A stretch of DNA of 64,000 nt, from the NCBI RefSeq assembly GCF_963921235.1, contig NC_086097.1, positions 194,930,001 through 194,994,000 of the forward strand, read 5' to 3'. The notes beneath the pieces were generated by a model. That model made no database searches and was not told the DNA's origin. It saw only the letters and a list, made by a program, of their open reading frames with translations. Within the stretch, counting starts at the first letter, position 1. Every line of letters begins with the position of its first letter. Source of the stretch: Mobula hypostoma. Its lineage: Eukaryota. The translations under genes and the position numbers were made by a program. Positions 62,865 through 64,000 of this stretch are shown here, piece by piece.

Positions 62865-64000
62865 CAATTCTTACAAAGGGAAACCAAGCAACATAGGTGA
62901 CAACAGGGCTTTGCTTCCAAATGAAGTCAATATCTTTTATGCTTGCTTTGACTGTGAAAATATGGAGGAATCTTCACAAACTCCCACACCCCCCAGTGAC
63001 CCTGTGATTTCAGTCTCTGATGCTGAAATGAGAGCATCCTTCAAGAGGCTGAAACACATGGAAACATCTGTCCCAGACAAGCTATTCATCCGAGTACTAA
63101 AGTCCTGCGCTGCTGTGTCACCGATATCTTCATCCTCTTGCTTCAACCGTCTGAGGTAGTCTCCTGCATCAAGCAGGCTTCAATTATACTGGTGCCCAAG
63201 AAGAATGTGGTAATCAGCCTCAATAACTATTGTCCAGTAGCACTTACGCCCACTGTGATGAAGTGCTTGGAGAGGGTGGTGATGAAATATATCAACTTCT
63301 GTCTGAGAAGCAATTGATCCACTCAAATTTGCCTACAATCACAACAGGTCAACAGCAGATGACATTTGATTGGCTCTTAATTCAACTCTGGAACAACTAG
63401 ACAGAGAAGATACAGACAGCAGGCATTGACAACAGTTAGGCATTCAATAGCATCATCCTCTTAAAAGTAAGCTTCAAGACTTTGGCTTCAGTGTTTCCAT
63501 GTGCAATTGGTTCCTCCATTTCCTCACTTGCAGGCCCCAGTCAGTTCAGATTGGCAACAACTCATTTACAATCTCCATCTGCACAGCTGCACCACAAGGC
63601 TGTGTGTTCAGCCACCTGCTCTACTCACTTTATGCTTACTATTTTGAGACTAAGCACTGTTCCAAACCCATATCAAATTTTCTGATAGCATCTCTGTTGT
63701 TAGTTGAATCCAAGGCGGTGACGAATCAGCATATAGGCGGGAGATTGAAAATCTGGCTGAGTGCTACCACAGCAACAATCTCTCACTTCATGTCAGCTGA
63801 GTCCTGATGAAGAGTCCCGGCCTGAAATGTCGACTGTTTACTCTTTCCCATAGGTGTTGCCTGGCCTGCTGAGTTCCTCCTGCATTTTTGAGTGTTGCCT
63901 TGGATCTCCCGCATCTGAAAATTTTCTCATGTTTGTCAACTAACTAATTGTTGACTTCAGCTGGAGAAAACTGGGGTCCATAAGGCAGTAACCACTGGGG
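62865..64000 (+). mobile_element. Decayed Rex1/Babar-type RT region running off the window
   Basis: LPNEVNIFYACF, IILVPKKN, PVALT, QFAY, CNW..FLT.RPQSV, APQGCV. Confidence 0.85.
63799..63933 (+). repeat. Short hammerhead-bearing Penelope derivative inserted in Rex1
   Basis: AGTC-CTGATGA..GAAAT-GTC-GACT at 63800-63835; candidate TSD TGTCAGCT/TGTCAACT. Confidence 0.78.

Overview
Eukaryotic, repeat-saturated non-coding DNA, most likely from a cartilaginous fish such as a ray (inferred from the CR1/HER1-type LINEs, HE1/V-type tRNA SINEs and Penelope family present). I found no intact host gene. Nearly all listed ORFs are transposable-element ORFs or their antisense shadows. The window holds many CR1 LINEs from at least three subfamilies (one full length, with an SGNH-esterase ORF1), Rex1/Babar-type and RTE LINE pieces, Penelope-like elements (GIY-YIG) with minimal hammerhead motifs, and a full-length Gypsy provirus (tRNA-Trp PBS, PPT, ATAA TSD) nested in a solo LTR. 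It also holds a second decayed Gypsy, Tc1, Tigger, mariner and hAT elements, and SINEs, often nested several layers deep with readable TSDs. The best hunt result is a ~560-bp non-coding retroelement whose 5' end folds into an unusual HDV/CPEB3-like ribozyme (hairpin inserted in L3, no P4). Two copies show a compensatory base-pair change, and the predicted cleavage site coincides with the element boundary. A family of tiny hammerhead-bearing Penelope derivatives is also present. Boundaries were read by eye and are approximate unless a TSD is quoted.
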